Source: the human T2T-CHM13v2.0 reference genome, Homo sapiens
Strand: one strand, 5' to 3'
Assembly (NCBI RefSeq): GCF_009914755.1
Contig: NC_060931.1
DNA: 64,000 nucleotides
Position 1 is the first letter of the stretch; each line of letters starts with the position of its first letter. Position numbers and translations under genes: made by a program. Shown here piece by piece: positions 15,346 to 29,108 of the stretch. The notes beneath the pieces are model-generated. The model saw nothing but the letters and a program-made list of their open reading frames with translations. It was not told where the DNA came from and made no database searches.

Positions 15346-16669
15346 CTGGCCACCAGAATGCCAGGCCTGCAACACCACAGAGAAGGTGGAAAGCATGCAC
15401 ATTCAGTGTTTCTAAAAGGATGTTCTTACGGCCATGAGTCCTTGCTATTTCTGGAGTCTTTATCACACAGATTTATATAGCTACAAAATTAAGTATATTA
15501 TCTCTGAGCTACTGCATAGAGTAATGGTATGAGATTCCTTCCTCCCTCCTCCACCTGGACAGAAAGCTGAAAGTTGGCCCAGGTCACCTCAAGTCAGGGG
15601 CGACTTCAGGACTCATGTGCCAGGACAGACATCTCACCGTGGTGGGAGCCAGTGATGGGGACTCCTGAAGACTGGTAATGATAACAAAGACACTCTGTAC
15701 CACCGAAGGGAGTTAACTGGGAGATACCCCAGTGCCCCCCTCTCTCCCCCAACCCTGACCCTGTCCCGGCCCTGACCCTGCCCTTACCACACCAGCTGCA
15801 CCAGCCCCACCCATGATCCCAACCTCCACCCCCACCTCTGACCTCCGACCAGACCCAGACCTGAAACCCCCTCCCAGTCCCATGCCCAAATCACACCCTC
15901 CCAACCTGCACCCTAACCACAGCCAGGCACCTGGGCTCCCTGTGCACAGCCTGGCCATGGGCACGGCCCCACCCCCAAACACCTCCTAGCCCTGCCTACC
16001 AGCCCCGCCCTAAATACACCTCCTAGCCACTCTCACAGCCCTGAGCCCCATCCCAACCACACCAAGCCCCGTTTTGCAGTCCCTCCCCCTACAGGATCCC
16101 TAAGCATGCCTCCCATGCCAGCCCCAGCCCTCCCTCTCCAAGGCCTTGGGTGCACGGTCCACAGGCCACCATCCTCTGTCCTGGGTGGGATGGGTCCAAG
16201 CGTCATGCGGAGGATCACTGGGCACTCCGCCGCTGAGCCTCCCCAGGTCCCTTCCCAGAGACGGGGTGGGCACTGCTGATTGGCTTAGGCCAAACAGACC
16301 CCTGCTCAGACCACCCCGGGTGTGTGTCCAGACTGGAGGCATGTGCCTAGACTAGGGGAGCAGGGTCTCTCAGGCACCTCGGCTACCTGAAAGGTGTGTG
16401 GCCCTCAGCCAGGTGAGCAGCCACAGCATTGTACCATCTAACACGGGCTCCCAAGGCTGTCTAGTGTGTCTGTTGCCTGAATCCAGAGTTACTTTTTTCC
16501 AGTGTTCTTGCCCTTGGTTGGTTTATAATCTAAAGTATTCTAATCTCACTTCCATATGGAAAGTAACTTTTTAAATTGTCCCAACTTTCAAAATAGCTGT
16601 TAAGGATTATTATCGTGATTACGAATAAGAAATTTGCTTTTTAAAGAATTGATTCACTGTGTGTGGTGG

Positions 16670-19600
16670 CTCTCCCTCTCCCCAAAGATACCCACATCCT
16701 CATCTCTCCCTCCCCAAAGACACCCACATCCTCATCTCTCCCTCTCCCCAAAGACACCCACATCCTCATCTCTCCCTCCCCAAAGACATTCACATCCTCA
16801 TCTCTCCCTCCCCCCAGAGACAACCACATCCTCATCTCTCCCTCTCCCCAAAGACACACACATCCTCATCTCTCCCTCTCCCCAAAGACACTCACATCCT
16901 CATCTCTCCCTCCCCCCAGAGACACCCACATCCTCATCTCTCCCTCTCCCCAAAGACACTCACATCCTCATCTCTCCCTCCCCCAAAGACACCCACATCC
17001 TCATCTCTCCCTCTCCCCAAAGACACCCACATCCTCATCTCTCCCTCCCCAAAGACACCCACATCCTCATCTCTCCCTCTCCCCAAAGACACCCACATCC
17101 TCATCTCTCCCTCCCCAAAGACACCCACATTCTCATCTCTCCCTCCCCAAAGACACCCACATCCTCATCTCTCCCTCCCCAAAGACACTCACATCCTCAT
17201 CTCTCCCTCTCCCCAAAGACACCCACATCCTCATCTCTCCCTCTCCCCAAAGACACCCACATCCTCATCTCTCCCTCCCCAAAGACACCCACATCCTCAT
17301 ATCTCCCTCTCCCCAAAGACACCCACATCCTCATCTCTCCCTCCCCAAAGACACCCACATCCTCATCTCTCCCTCCCCAGACGCCCACATCCTCATCTCT
17401 CCCTCCCCCCAAAGACACCCACATCCTCATCTCTCCCTCTCCCCAAAGACACCCACATCCTCATCTCTCTCTCCCCAAAGACACTCACATCCTCATCTCT
17501 CCCTCCCCAAAGACACCCACATTCTTATCTCTCCCTCCCCAAAGACACTCACATCCTCATCTCTCCCTCCCCCCAGAGACAACCACATCCTCATCTCTCC
17601 CTCTCCCCAAAGACACACACATCCTCATCTCTCCCTCCCCCCAGAGACACCCACATCCTCATCTCTCCCTCTCCCCAAAGACACTCACATCCTCATCTCT
17701 CCCTCCCCAAAGACACCCACATCCTCATCTCTCCCTCTCCCCAAAGACACCCACATCCTCATCTCTCCCTCCCCAAAGACACCCACATCCTCATCTCTCC
17801 CTCTCCCCAAAGACACCCACATCCTCATCTCTCCCTCCCCAAAGACACCCACATTCTCATCTCTCCCTCCCCAAAGACACCCACATCCTCATCTCTCCCT
17901 CCCCAAAGACACTCACATCCTCATCTCTCCCTCTCCCCAAAGACACCCACATCCTCATCTCTCCCTCTCCCCAAAGACACCCACATCCTCATCTCTCCCT
18001 CCCCAAAGACACCCACATCCTCATATCTCCCTCTCCCCAAAGACACCCACATCCTCATCTCTCCCTCCCCAAAGACACCCACATCCTCATCTCTCCCTCC
18101 CCAGACGCCCACATCCTCATCTCTCCCTCCCCCCAAAGACACCCACATCTTCATCTCTCCCTCTCCCCAAAGACACCCACATCCTCATCTCTCTCTCCCC
18201 AAAGACACTCACATCCTCATCTCTCCCTCCCCAAAGACACCCACATCCTCATCTCTCCCTCCCCAAAGACACCCACATTCTTATCTCTCCCTCCCCAAAG
18301 ACACTCACATCCTCATCTCTCCCTCCCCAAAGACACCCACATCCTCATCTCTCCCTCTCCCCAAAGACACTCACATCCTCATCTCTCCCTCCCCAAAGAC
18401 ACCCACATCCTCATCTCTCCCTCTCCCCAAAGACACTCACATCCTCATCTCTCCCTCCCCAAAGACACCCACATCCTCATCTCTCCCTCTCCCCAAAGAC
18501 ACTCACATCCTCATCTCTCCCTCCCCAAAGACACCCACATCCTCATCTCTCCCTCTCCCCAAAGACACTCACATCCTCATCTCTCCCTCTCCCCAAAGAC
18601 ACTCACATCCTCATCTCTCCCTCCCCAAAGACACCCACATCCTCATCTCTCCCTCCACCCAAAGACACTCACATCCTCATCTCTCCCTCCCCAAAGACAC
18701 CCACATCCTCATCTCTCCCTCCCCAAAGACACCCACATCCTCATCTCTCCCTCTCCCCAAAGACACTCACATCCTCATCTCTCCCTCCCCAAAGACACCC
18801 ACATCCTCATCTCTCCCTCTCCCCAAAGACACTCACATCCTCATCTCTCCCTCCCCAAAGACACCCACATCCTCATCTCTCCCTCTCCCCAAAGACACTC
18901 ACATCCTCATCTCTCCCTCCCCAAAGACACCCACATCCTCATCTCTCCCTCTCCCCAAAGACACTCACATCCTCATCTCTCCCTCCCCAAAGACACCCAC
19001 ATCCTCATCTCTCCCTCCACCCAAAGACACTCACATCCTCATCTCTCCCTCCCCAAAGACACCCACATCCTCATCTCTCCCTCTCCCCAAAGACACTCAC
19101 ATCCTCATCTCTCCCTCCCCAAAGACACCCACATCCTCATCTCTCCCTCCACCCAAAGACACTCACATCCTCATCTCTCCCTCCCCAAAGACACCCACAT
19201 CCTCATCTCTCCCTCTCCCCAAAGACACTCACATCCTCATATCTCCCTCCCCAAAGACACCCACATCCTCATCTCTCCCTCTCCCCAAAGACACTCACAT
19301 CCTCATCTCTCCCTCCCCAAAGACACCCACATCCTCATCTCTCCCTCTCCCCAAAGACACCCACATCCTCTTCTCTCCCTCCCCAAAGACACACAGATCC
19401 TCATCTCTCCCTCCCCAAAGACACCCACATTCTCATCTTTCCCTCTCCCCAAAGACACCCACATCCTCATCTCTCCCTCCCCAAAGACACCCACATCCTC
19501 ATCTCTCCCTCTCCCCAAAGACACCCACATCCTCATCTCTCCCTCCCCAAAGACATTCACATCCTCATCTCTCCCTCCCCCCAGAGACAACCACATCCTC

Positions 19601-21183
19601 ATCTCTCCCTCTCCCCAAAGACACACACATCCTCATCTCTCCCTCCCCCCAGAGACACCCACATCCTCATCTCTCCCTCTCCCCAAAGACACTCACATCC
19701 TCATCTCTCCCTCCCCAAAGACACCCACATCCTCATCTCTCCCTCTCCCCAAAGACACCCACATCCTCATCTCTCCCTCCCCAAAGACACCCACATCCTC
19801 ATCTCTCCCTCTCCCCAAAGACACCCACATCCTCATCTCTCCCTCCCCCCAGAGACACCCACATCCTCATCTCTCCCTCCCCAAAGACACCCACATCCTC
19901 ATCTCTCCCTCTCCCCAGAGACACCCACATCATCTCTCCCTCTCCCCAGAGACACCCACATCCTCATCTCTCCCTCCCCAAAGACACCCACATCCTCATC
20001 TCTCCCTCTCCCCAAAGACACCCACATCCTCATCTCTCCCTCCCCAAAGACACCCACTTCCTCATCTCTCCCTCCCCAGACGCCCACATCCTCATCTCTC
20101 CCTCCCCCCAAAGACACCCACATCCTCATCTCTCCCTCTCCCCAGAGACACCCACATCCTCATCTCTCTCTCCCCAAAGACACTCACATCCTCATCTCTC
20201 CCTCCCCAAAGACACCCACATCCTCATCTCTCCCTTCCCAAAGACACCCACATTCTCATCTCTCCCTCCCCAAAGACACTCACATCCTCATCTCTCCCTC
20301 CCCAAAGACACCCACATCCTCATCTCTCCCTCTCCCCAAAGACACTCACATCCTCATCTCTCCCTCCCCAAAGACACTCACATCCTCATCTCTCCCTCTC
20401 CCCAAAGACACCCACATCCTCATCTCTCCCTCTCCCCAAAGACACCCACATCCTCATCTCTCCCTCCCCAAAGACACCCACATCCTCATCTCTCCCTCTC
20501 CCCAAAAACACCCACATCCTCATCTCTCCCTCCCCAAAGACACCCACATCCTCATCTCTCCCTCCCCAGATGCCCACATCCTCATCTCTCCCTCCCCCCA
20601 AAGACACCCACATCCTCATCTCTCCCTCTCCCCAAAGACACTCACATCCTCATCTCTCCCTCCCCAAAGACACCCACATCCTCATCTCTCCCTCTCCCCA
20701 AAGACACTCACATCCTCATCTCTCCCTCCCCAAAGACACCCACATCCTCATCTCTCCCTCTCCCCAAAGACACTCACATCCTCATCTCTCCCTCCCCAAA
20801 GACACCCACATCCTCATCTCTCCCTCCACCCAAAGACACTCACATCCTCATCTCTCCCTCCCCAAAGACACCCACATCCTCATCTCTCCCTCTCCCCAAA
20901 GACACTCACATCCTCATCTCTCCCTCCCCAAAGACACCCACATCCTCATCTCTCCCTCTCCCCAAAGACACTCACATCCTCATCTCTCCCTCCCCAAAGA
21001 CACCCACATCCTCATCTCTCCCTCTCCCCAAAGACACTCACATCCTCATCTCTCCCTCCCCAAAGACACCCACATCCTCATCTCTCCCTCTCCCCAAAGA
21101 CACCCACATCCTCTTCTCTCCCTCCCCAAAGACACACACATCCTCATCTCTCCCTCCCCAAAGACACCCACATCCTCATCTCT
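16670..21183. repeat. 4.5-kb VNTR of 32/34-bp units, CTCTCCCT(CT)CCCCAAAGACACCCACATCCTCAT, about 135 copies
   Basis: Visible directly; C-rich plus strand lacks stop codons, so all three forward frames are open for about 1,500 codons. Confidence 0.98.
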
Positions 21184-21636
21184 GGAACCTGTGAGTATTG
21201 CCTTATGTGGTAAATAGGGGCTTTGCAGACTATGATTAAATGAAGGATCTTCAGGTCGGGGGGTGGGTATCTAGGTGGGCCTTAAATGCAATCACATGGG
21301 TCTTTCTAAGAGGGAGGCAGAGGGAAATTTGACAGAGATCCACTCAGAGAAGAAGGCCATGAGAAGATGGGGCAGAGAGAGATGTGAAGATCCAGGCCTT
21401 GAACACTGGAGCTATGCGGCCACAAGCCCAGCAATGGCAGCAGCTCCCAGAAGCAGAAGAGACAGCGAACAGATTCTCTCCTGGAGTCTCCCAAGGGAGC
21501 ACGGCCCTGCTGACGCCTCCAATTCTACCCTGGATATGCTTTCAACTTCCAGCCTCTAGACTAAGAGAAGAACTTCTGTTGTTTTAAGCCACCCAATTTA
21601 TAGTACTTTCTTTAGCAGCCACAAGACACTAATACA
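21157..21636 (+). mobile_element. MLT1C/D-like MaLR LTR whose 5' end is the VNTR unit
   Basis: The last VNTR unit runs directly into GGAACCTGTGAGTATTGCCTTATGTGGTAAATAGGGGCTTTGCAGA...TTCTGTTGTTTTAAGCCACCCAATTT...GCAGCCACAAGACACTAATACA. Confidence 0.88.
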
Positions 21637-23139
21637 CCCTGGCAACTCCCGCCCCTCCAGAACATCAGAATACTTCCTGCTGACCAAGCACTCCAACTGG
21701 GGGTCAACATCAGCAGGGAAAAAAATCACAGAGGGGAGTGCATTTGATTTTGGGTCTAATCTCTGACTCTCACTACATCAGGACCCATCATGTAATTTCG
21801 CGAGATTATTGCTTTATTTGTAAAATATCTGTTCGTTAAAGTGATGGATTTGAAATGGGTTTACAAACTGTGACGCATTTGCAATGTTCATCAACACACA
21901 GCCAGGGAAGGCAAGCCAAGTCTAAGGAGAATTCCATTTTCCCGATAGGTGACGTGAAATTTCAAAGATTACAATAGAGTTACTAATTTTGTTTGCATCT
22001 CTAAAATTGGTAAAAATCATCATTAATTGAGCAGTAGGGTGGATGCCAGAATCTCTCATCTTGAAAGAGATGCCAAAAAGAAAAGAAAGAAGGTTCAACA
22101 GCTCTGCATAGCACTAACAGAAGTGCACTGGAGAAGCAATGTAGGCACAATAAGTAAACTTTTCTAGAAGTCAAAAGTGTATAAACAAAAACACACAAGC
22201 TTCTTATTCTAAGGGCCCTGTGCCTCCCCACCATTCCAGAGCACTCATCAAAGTCTTCACTGAGTGTTTCCAAGAGCTACACCATTAACCTTAAGTGCCT
22301 CTTGCTGTAAATTACCTTTGTTATATTGATGGTCTTTCAGAAGCAGCAAACACTCACTAGTCCAGACACACAACGGACACAATCATTGTGCCGCGGTAAT
22401 CATGGTCACCTCTGGAGGAGTACAGGGATGGGACTCCTAGGTACATGCAAGCTACTGGCTACACTTCAGTCCTTAGTTGAGAAGTTGGTTCCAGGGGTTC
22501 ATTATATGAGTATGTTTTGGAACTTACATGTTACATATATTTTTATGTATTAAAATATTTTAACATAATATTTTAATTATGGAGAATGGGAAAAAGAGAA
22601 AACAAAACTTCACTTATAGCACATTTCCAGGAAGCTTAGATATACCCACGACTGCTCCTGTCAAGCACTTCCTTCTGTCTGATGTTCTCCTGCCAGTTCA
22701 ATTTATTTCCAGGATTCATTGGAGACACAGATGGCTTGGGGGCATCATTGCCATTACAATGTTGCCTGCCTTTGCCAGCGTACTCAGAGAATAGCAGGTA
22801 ATGAATTCAGTTACCCTGAGCTGCACTTCTCCTGTGAACATTTCCCTATTCCATTTGCACCAGGTGTTTTCATTAGGCTAGGAGGAGCCCCTCTAACAAG
22901 AGACCCCAACGAAAGCACAGCTGAAAGAACAAAGAAGGTACTTCCCACTCGCACAGCTGGCAGAGGTGAGCGTCCCCGCTGGCAGGTAGTGGACAGAGCT
23001 CAGTGGACAGAGCCTCTGCCGTCTTGACCCCGCGGCTTCCAAGGCCACCCCAGTGGATGCCATTCCAGCCAGGAGGAAGGGCTGCAGCTGGAATCCAAGA
23101 AGGAGATCTCTTAGGCCAGCAATATGGAAATCGCACAGA

Positions 23140-23498
23140 CTGCTTTGTTAGTGCTTTGCCCCCCAAGATTTTCACATTAAATCCTCATCCCAGGACCTCA
23201 GAATGGGACTGTATTTGCAGATGGGGCCTTTGAAGAGGCGATTAAGTTAAATGAGGTCACAGGAGTGGGCCCTAAACCAATACGACTGATGTCCTTATGA
23301 GGAGAGGAGATTAGGATACAGATACACAGAGTGGGACGACCCAGCAAAAGACACTGTCTGTAAGGAAGGAGAGGAACCAGCCCTGCAGACACCTTGGTCT
23401 CAGACTTCCAGCCTCCAGAGCCGGGAGAACAGATATTTCTGTCGTTGAAGCCTGCAGGCTGTGGGACTTTGCTCCGGAAGACCCGGAAACTCATAGAG
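23140..23498 (+). mobile_element. MLT1A-like MaLR solo LTR
   Basis: CCTCAGAATGGGACTGTATTTGCAGATGGGGCCTTTGAAGAGGCGATTAAGTTAAATGAGGTC...GACACCTTGGTCTCAGACTTCCAGCCTCCAGAG. Confidence 0.85.
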
Positions 23499-25277
23499 GC
23501 TTCTAGTGACATTGCCCTCAGGATAACAGCCACACGTCACAACCAGCTACAAGGGAGGCTGGAAAATGAGGCCTCCAGGACCCAGCTCCATTTCTGCTGC
23601 TGTGGAGAAAGGAAAGACGAATGTTGATGAGTGGGCCTCACCTAGAGATAGGTCTACGGCGACGCCACCCTGTGCAGTCAGTCAATGAAGACCTCGGAGA
23701 GTGATGTGGCAGGAGCATCTGCCCAGCTTGGTGGGGGGAATCTAAAAAGTGTAAGACCTGTCTTAAGGAATGGGCTCCTTATGTGAAGAAACAAATAAGT
23801 TGCAATGGGAAATAGAAAAGAAAGAGACGCAGACCAGAGTGATGAGGGAAGACCTCCACAGCAGGCAGCGCTGGCTGCAGCTCGTGAGACTCCAGTGAGT
23901 GGGGACGAGGGAGCAGGCATGCGTGATGGGTGTGGCATGACCGTGGGAATGAACACCGTGCCTGCATCTGAACCTTCCGTGTCTATCTGGAATCTAACCC
24001 CGGTGCCCTCGGTCCCCACGTCTTCCAGATCCCACACTCTTCCAGTACCTTTGTTCTCCGTGTAAGCTGAGCAGAGTGATTTCTTCTGCTAGGAATCAAG
24101 ACCCCTGGCTACAAAACAGATCGGCTAACCTGGAATGGTGGGGGCGAGTGCAGGTTCAAGACAGAGGTGCAAGGCTTCAGAGGACAGCAAATGCAGTCGC
24201 TCCAAGAACAGATCTAATATGTGCACAATGCACAAGTCCCTCTTGGCCGTGGGCTGCATTTATTCATTTATTCAGCACCCACTTACTGGGTGCTTTCTGT
24301 CTCCCATTGTTCTGCATGTGAAGTTTCTGGATGGCCCACCCAGAAGGTGGGAAAAATGGGGATTCTCTGATGGAAATCCTGGCTTTACAATGGGAATGGG
24401 AGCTCAGTGGCAGAGGAGCTGAGGATGAGAGGAGGACAGGATGTCCTAGATGCCCCCAGGAAGCTGCAGGTGCAACCCGCACACAGATGGGGCCCCTGAG
24501 AGAGTGAGAACACGGGGAAGAAGGAAGCAAGGCATTGGGGAAGACACTTGGCAGACAGAGGGAACAAGCAAAGGTGTGTTCTGAGGAGACAGAAGGCATC
24601 AGAGAGGCAGAGAGAGGTCCGGGAAAACTCAACATCACAGAAGCTAAGAGACGACAAAGCTGCAGGGAAGAGGTCAAACGCTGGCCAGCTGAGCATGACT
24701 GGCTAAGTGAGCTGTCGCCCACATATTGGAACACTAAACTGAATGTTAGCTATTCCACGGTAGATGAATATTTGTTTTCAATGAAAGGTATTTGCAATAC
24801 ACTACAAAGTAAAAGCCTCAGCACTCGGACATGTGTGCAGGAGTTCTGAGGACAGAGACCTGCGTGTAACATGCGGGTTACCGGGGCAGGCGCCAGCAGC
24901 AGAATGGAAGTTGAGCTAGGTTCATCTCTCGCCACAGGGCTTCCTTCGAGGCATGCTGTGCAGGGCCGGCACCAATCTCCCATCTCTGTTGGGTAATCTG
25001 AGCCTGATCAGTGAACATCTGGCGGAAGAGAGGGAACGGGCTGTTGTTGAGAGTGGAGGGGAGCACACGGCAGATCTGCAGCCTAAGACAGAATAAACAA
25101 CCTGCGTAGAGCTCTCACCTCTCACCTGGATGCCTGCAGAGTCCAATGCCCAGCTGGGTTCAGAGGCCCTTCACTGGGCTGTCAGCAGAAGACGAGATTG
25201 TGGATGCGTCCCACTCTGCAAAGCCTGGCTCTGCACGCCCACAGCCACCCAGCCTTTCTCCCCAGGTGGTTCCAATC

Positions 25278-28200
25278 TTCATTCCCCTCAGTCCTCATTA
25301 CTCTCAGTCCTCACTGATCTCAGTCCTCATTGCTCTCAGTCCTCATTGATCTCAGTCCTCATTGATCTCGGTCCTCATTCCCCTCGGTCCTCATTGCCCT
25401 TGGTCCTCACTGATCTCAGTCCTCATTGATCTCGGTCCTCATTGCCCTCAGTCCTCATTGATCTCGCTCCTCGTTGCCCTCAGTCCTCATTGATCTCGGT
25501 CCTCATTCCCCTCAGTCCTCATTCCCCTCGGTCCTCATTGCCCTCGGTCCTCATTAATCTCAGTCCTCATTGCCCTCAGTCGTCATTGATCTCAGTCCTC
25601 ATTGCCCTCAGTCCTCATTCCCCTCAGTCCTCATTGCCCTCAGTCGTCATTGATCTCAGTCCTCATTGATCCCAGTCCTCATTGATCTCAGTGCTCATTG
25701 CCCTCAGTCCTCATTGCTCTCAGTCCTCATTGCTCTCAGTCGTCATTGATCTCAGTCGTCATTGATCTCGGTCCTCATTCCCCTCAGTCCTCATTCCCCT
25801 CAGTCCTCATTCCCCTTGGTCCTCATTGCCCTCGGTCCTCATTGATCTCATTCCTCATTGATCTCAGTCCTCATTGCCCTCAGTCCTCATTGATCTCGGT
25901 CCTCATTCCCCTCAGTCCTCATTGTCCTCAGTCCTCATTGATCTCAGTCCTCATTGCCATCAGTCCTCATTCCCCTCAGTCCTCATTGCCCTCAGTCCTC
26001 ATTGATCTCAGTCCTCAATCCCCTCAGTCCTCATTGATCTCAGTCCTCATTGCTCTCAGTCCTCATTGCCCTCAGTCCTCACTGATCTCAGTTCTCATTG
26101 CCCTCAGTCCTCATTGCCCTCAGTCCTCATTGATCTCAGTCCTCATTGCCCTCGGTCCTTATTGCCCTCAGTCCTCATTCCCCTCGGTCCTCATTGATCT
26201 CAGTCCTCATTGCTTTCAGTCCTCACTGCTTTCAGTCCTCATTCCCCTCAGTCCTCATTGCTTTCAGTCCTCATTCCCCTCAGTCGTCATTGCCCGCAGT
26301 CCTCATTCCCCTCAGTCCTCATTCCCCTCCGTCCTCATTGCCCTCAGTCCTCATTGATCGCAGTCCTCATTGATCGCAGTCCTCATTCCGCTCAGTCCTC
26401 ATTGCCCTCAGTCCTCACTCCCCTCAGTCCTCATTGCCCTCAGTCCTCATTGCCCTCAGTCCTCACTCCCCTCAGTCCTCATTGATCTCAGTCCTCATTG
26501 CTTTCAGTCCTCATTCCCCTCAGTCCTCATTGCTTTCAGTCCTCATTCCCCTCAGTCCTCATTGCCCTCAGTCCTCATTCCCCTCAGTCCTCATTGATCT
26601 CAGTCCTCATTCCCCTCAGTCCTCATTGATCTCAGTCCTCATTCCCCTCAGTCCTCATTGATCTCAGTCCTCATTGCCCTCAGTCCTCATTCCCCTCAGT
26701 CCTCATTGATCTCAGTCCTCATTGCCCTCAGTCCTCATTCCCCTCAGTCCTCATTGATCTCAGTCCTCATTCCCCTCAGTCCTCATTCCCCTCAGTCCTC
26801 ATTGCTCTCAGTCCTCATTGCCCTCAGTCCTCATTCCCCTCAGTCCTCATTGCCCTCAGTCCTCATTGCCCTCAGTCCTCATTGCTCTCAGTCCTCATTG
26901 CCCTCAGTCCTCATTGATCTCAGTCCTCATTGATCTCAGTGCTCATTGCCCTCAATCCTCATTGCCCTCAGTTCTCATTGATCTCAGTCCTCATTCCCCT
27001 CAGTCCTCATTGATCTCAGTCCTCATTGCCCTCAGCCCTCATTGATCTCAGGCCTCATTGCCCTCAGTCCTCATTGATCTCAGTCCTCATTGCCTTCAGT
27101 CCTCATTGATCTCAGTCCTCATTGATCTCAGTGCTCATTACCCTTCATCCTCATTGATCTCAGTCCTCATTGCCCTCAGTCCTCATTGCTCTCAGTCCTC
27201 ATTGCCCTCAGTCCTCATTGATCTCAGTCCTCATTGCTCTCAGTCCTCATTCCCCTCAGTCCTCATTGATCTCAGTCCTCATTGCCTTCAGTCCTCATTG
27301 ATCTCAGTCCTCATTGATCTCAGTGCTCATTACCCTCCATCCTCATTGATCTCAGTCCTCATTGCCCTCAGTCTTCATTCCCCTCAGTCCTCATTGATCT
27401 CAGTCCTCATTCCCCTCAGTCCTCATTGATCTCAGTCCTCATTGCCCTCAGTCCTCATTCCCCTCAGTCCTCACTGATCTCAGTCCTCATTGCTTTCAGT
27501 CCTCATTCCCCTCAGTCCTCATTGCTTTCAGTCCTCATTCCCCTCAGTCCTCATTCCCATCAGTCCTCATTGATCTCAGTCCTCATTGCCCTCAGTCCTC
27601 ATTCCCCTCAGGCCTCATTGATCTCAGTCCTCATTGCCCTCAGTCCTCATTCCCCCCAGTCCTCAATGATCTCAGTCCTCATTCCCCTCAGTCCTCATTG
27701 CCCTCAGTCCTCATTCCCCTCAGTCCTCATTGCCCTCAGTCCTCATTGATCTCAGTCCTCATTGCCCTCAGTCCTCATTGATCTCAGTCCTCATTGCCCT
27801 CAGTCCTCATTGCCCTCAGTCCTCATTCCCCTCAGTCCTCATTGCCCTCAGTCCTCATTGATCTCAGTCCTCATTGATCTCAGTCCTCATTGATCTCAGT
27901 GCTCATTACCCTCAGTCCTCATTGATCTCAGTGCTCATTACCGTCAGTCCTCATTGATCTCAGTCCTCATTGCTCTCAGTCCTCATTGCCCTCAGTCCTC
28001 ATTGCCCTCAGTCCTCATTGATCTCAGTCCTCATTCCCCTCAGTCCTCATTGCCCTCAGTACTCATTGATCTCAGTCCTCATTGATCTCAGTCCTTATTG
28101 ATTTTAGTGCTCATTACCCTCAGTCCTCATTGATCTCAGTGCTCATTACCGTCAGTCCTCATTGATCTCAGTCCTCATTGATCTCAGTCCTCATTGCTCT

Positions 28201-28602
28201 CAGTCCTCATTGACCTCAGTCCTCATTGATCTCAGTCCTCATTCCCCTCAGTCCTCATTCCCCTCAGTCCTCATTGATCTCAGTCCTCATTGATCTCAGT
28301 CCTTATTGATTTTAGTGCTCATTACCCTCAGTCCTCATTGATCTCAGTGCTCATTACCGTCAGTCCTCATTGATCTCAGTCCTCATTGCTCTCAGTCCTC
28401 ATTGCCCTCAGTCCTCAGTGATCTCAGTCCTCATTCCCCTCAATCCTCATTGCTCTCAGTCCTCATTGATCTCAGTCCTCATTGCCCTCAGTCCTCATTG
28501 CCCTCAGTCCTCATTGATCTCAGTCCTCATTGCTCTCAGTCCTCATTACCCTCAGTCCTCATTGCCCTCAGTCCTCATTACTCTGAGTCCTCATTGCTCT
28601 GA
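25278..28602. repeat. 3.3-kb VNTR of 16-bp units, CTCAGTCCTCATT+NNN, about 205 copies
   Basis: Constant 13-mer followed by GAT, GCC, CCC, GCT or ACC; unit length is held at 16. Confidence 0.98.
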
Positions 28603-28632
28603 ATGTTCATGAAGGGCATGATTTCTTCCATG

Positions 28633-28670
28633 TGGTTGGTGCAAAAGTAATTGCAATTTTTGCCATTACT
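28633..28670. mobile_element. MADE1 (mariner-derived MITE), partial
   Basis: GGTTGGTGCAAAAGTAATTGCAATTTTTGCCATTACT matches one MADE1 arm. Confidence 0.75.
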
Positions 28671-28699
28671 AATAAATAGTAGCCAACAATGTTATATTT

Positions 28700-29108
28700 T
28701 GTAGGGACACAATTTTCCACGGGTCTCCTGACTGTCTGTACATCCTGAAAGCAAAGATCTCAATAACCTCTGCCCCAGGATGTCTTGTCACGGATGTCTG
28801 CAGACAACCCTGGTTTGGAATATGAAGTGTCCCCTGCAGAGAAAAGATCCTGGTTCCCTAAGCTGGAGGATCCTCTCCTGTCCCGGAATCCACAGTGAGT
28901 GCAGGTCTCGTTCTGTGGGGATTAGGCCTTAAATAACTTAGACAAAAACGGCTAGTACTCTGCCTGCTGCTGTGACTGTGAGTAATAACACCATCCTTGT
29001 CTCTGATGCAGCAGTCTTGTGTCTTTTGCCAGCATCCACAAAACTATGGCAGCCTAACTTGTTAGCCCGCAAGTAGAGTAAGATCTCAGACCCTTCACAG
29101 CTCTCAAC
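28700..29108 (+). mobile_element. ERVL-class solo LTR (LTR47-like)
   Basis: Starts TGTAGGGA; 3' part GTCTTTTGCCAGCATCCACAAAACTATGGCAGCCTAACTTGTTAGCCCGCAAGTAGAGTAAGATCTCAGACCCTTCACAG resembles recalled LTR47 sequence. Confidence 0.6.

Noticed and set aside
16634-21217. Three overlapping ORFs of about 1,500 aa
   Set aside because: They follow from a plus strand that lacks stop triplets in a 32/34-bp VNTR; starts are TTG/GTG and there is no domain or gene structure.
21950-22580. AT-rich stretch that may be a very old L1ME fragment
   Set aside because: Too diverged to assign family or boundaries by eye.
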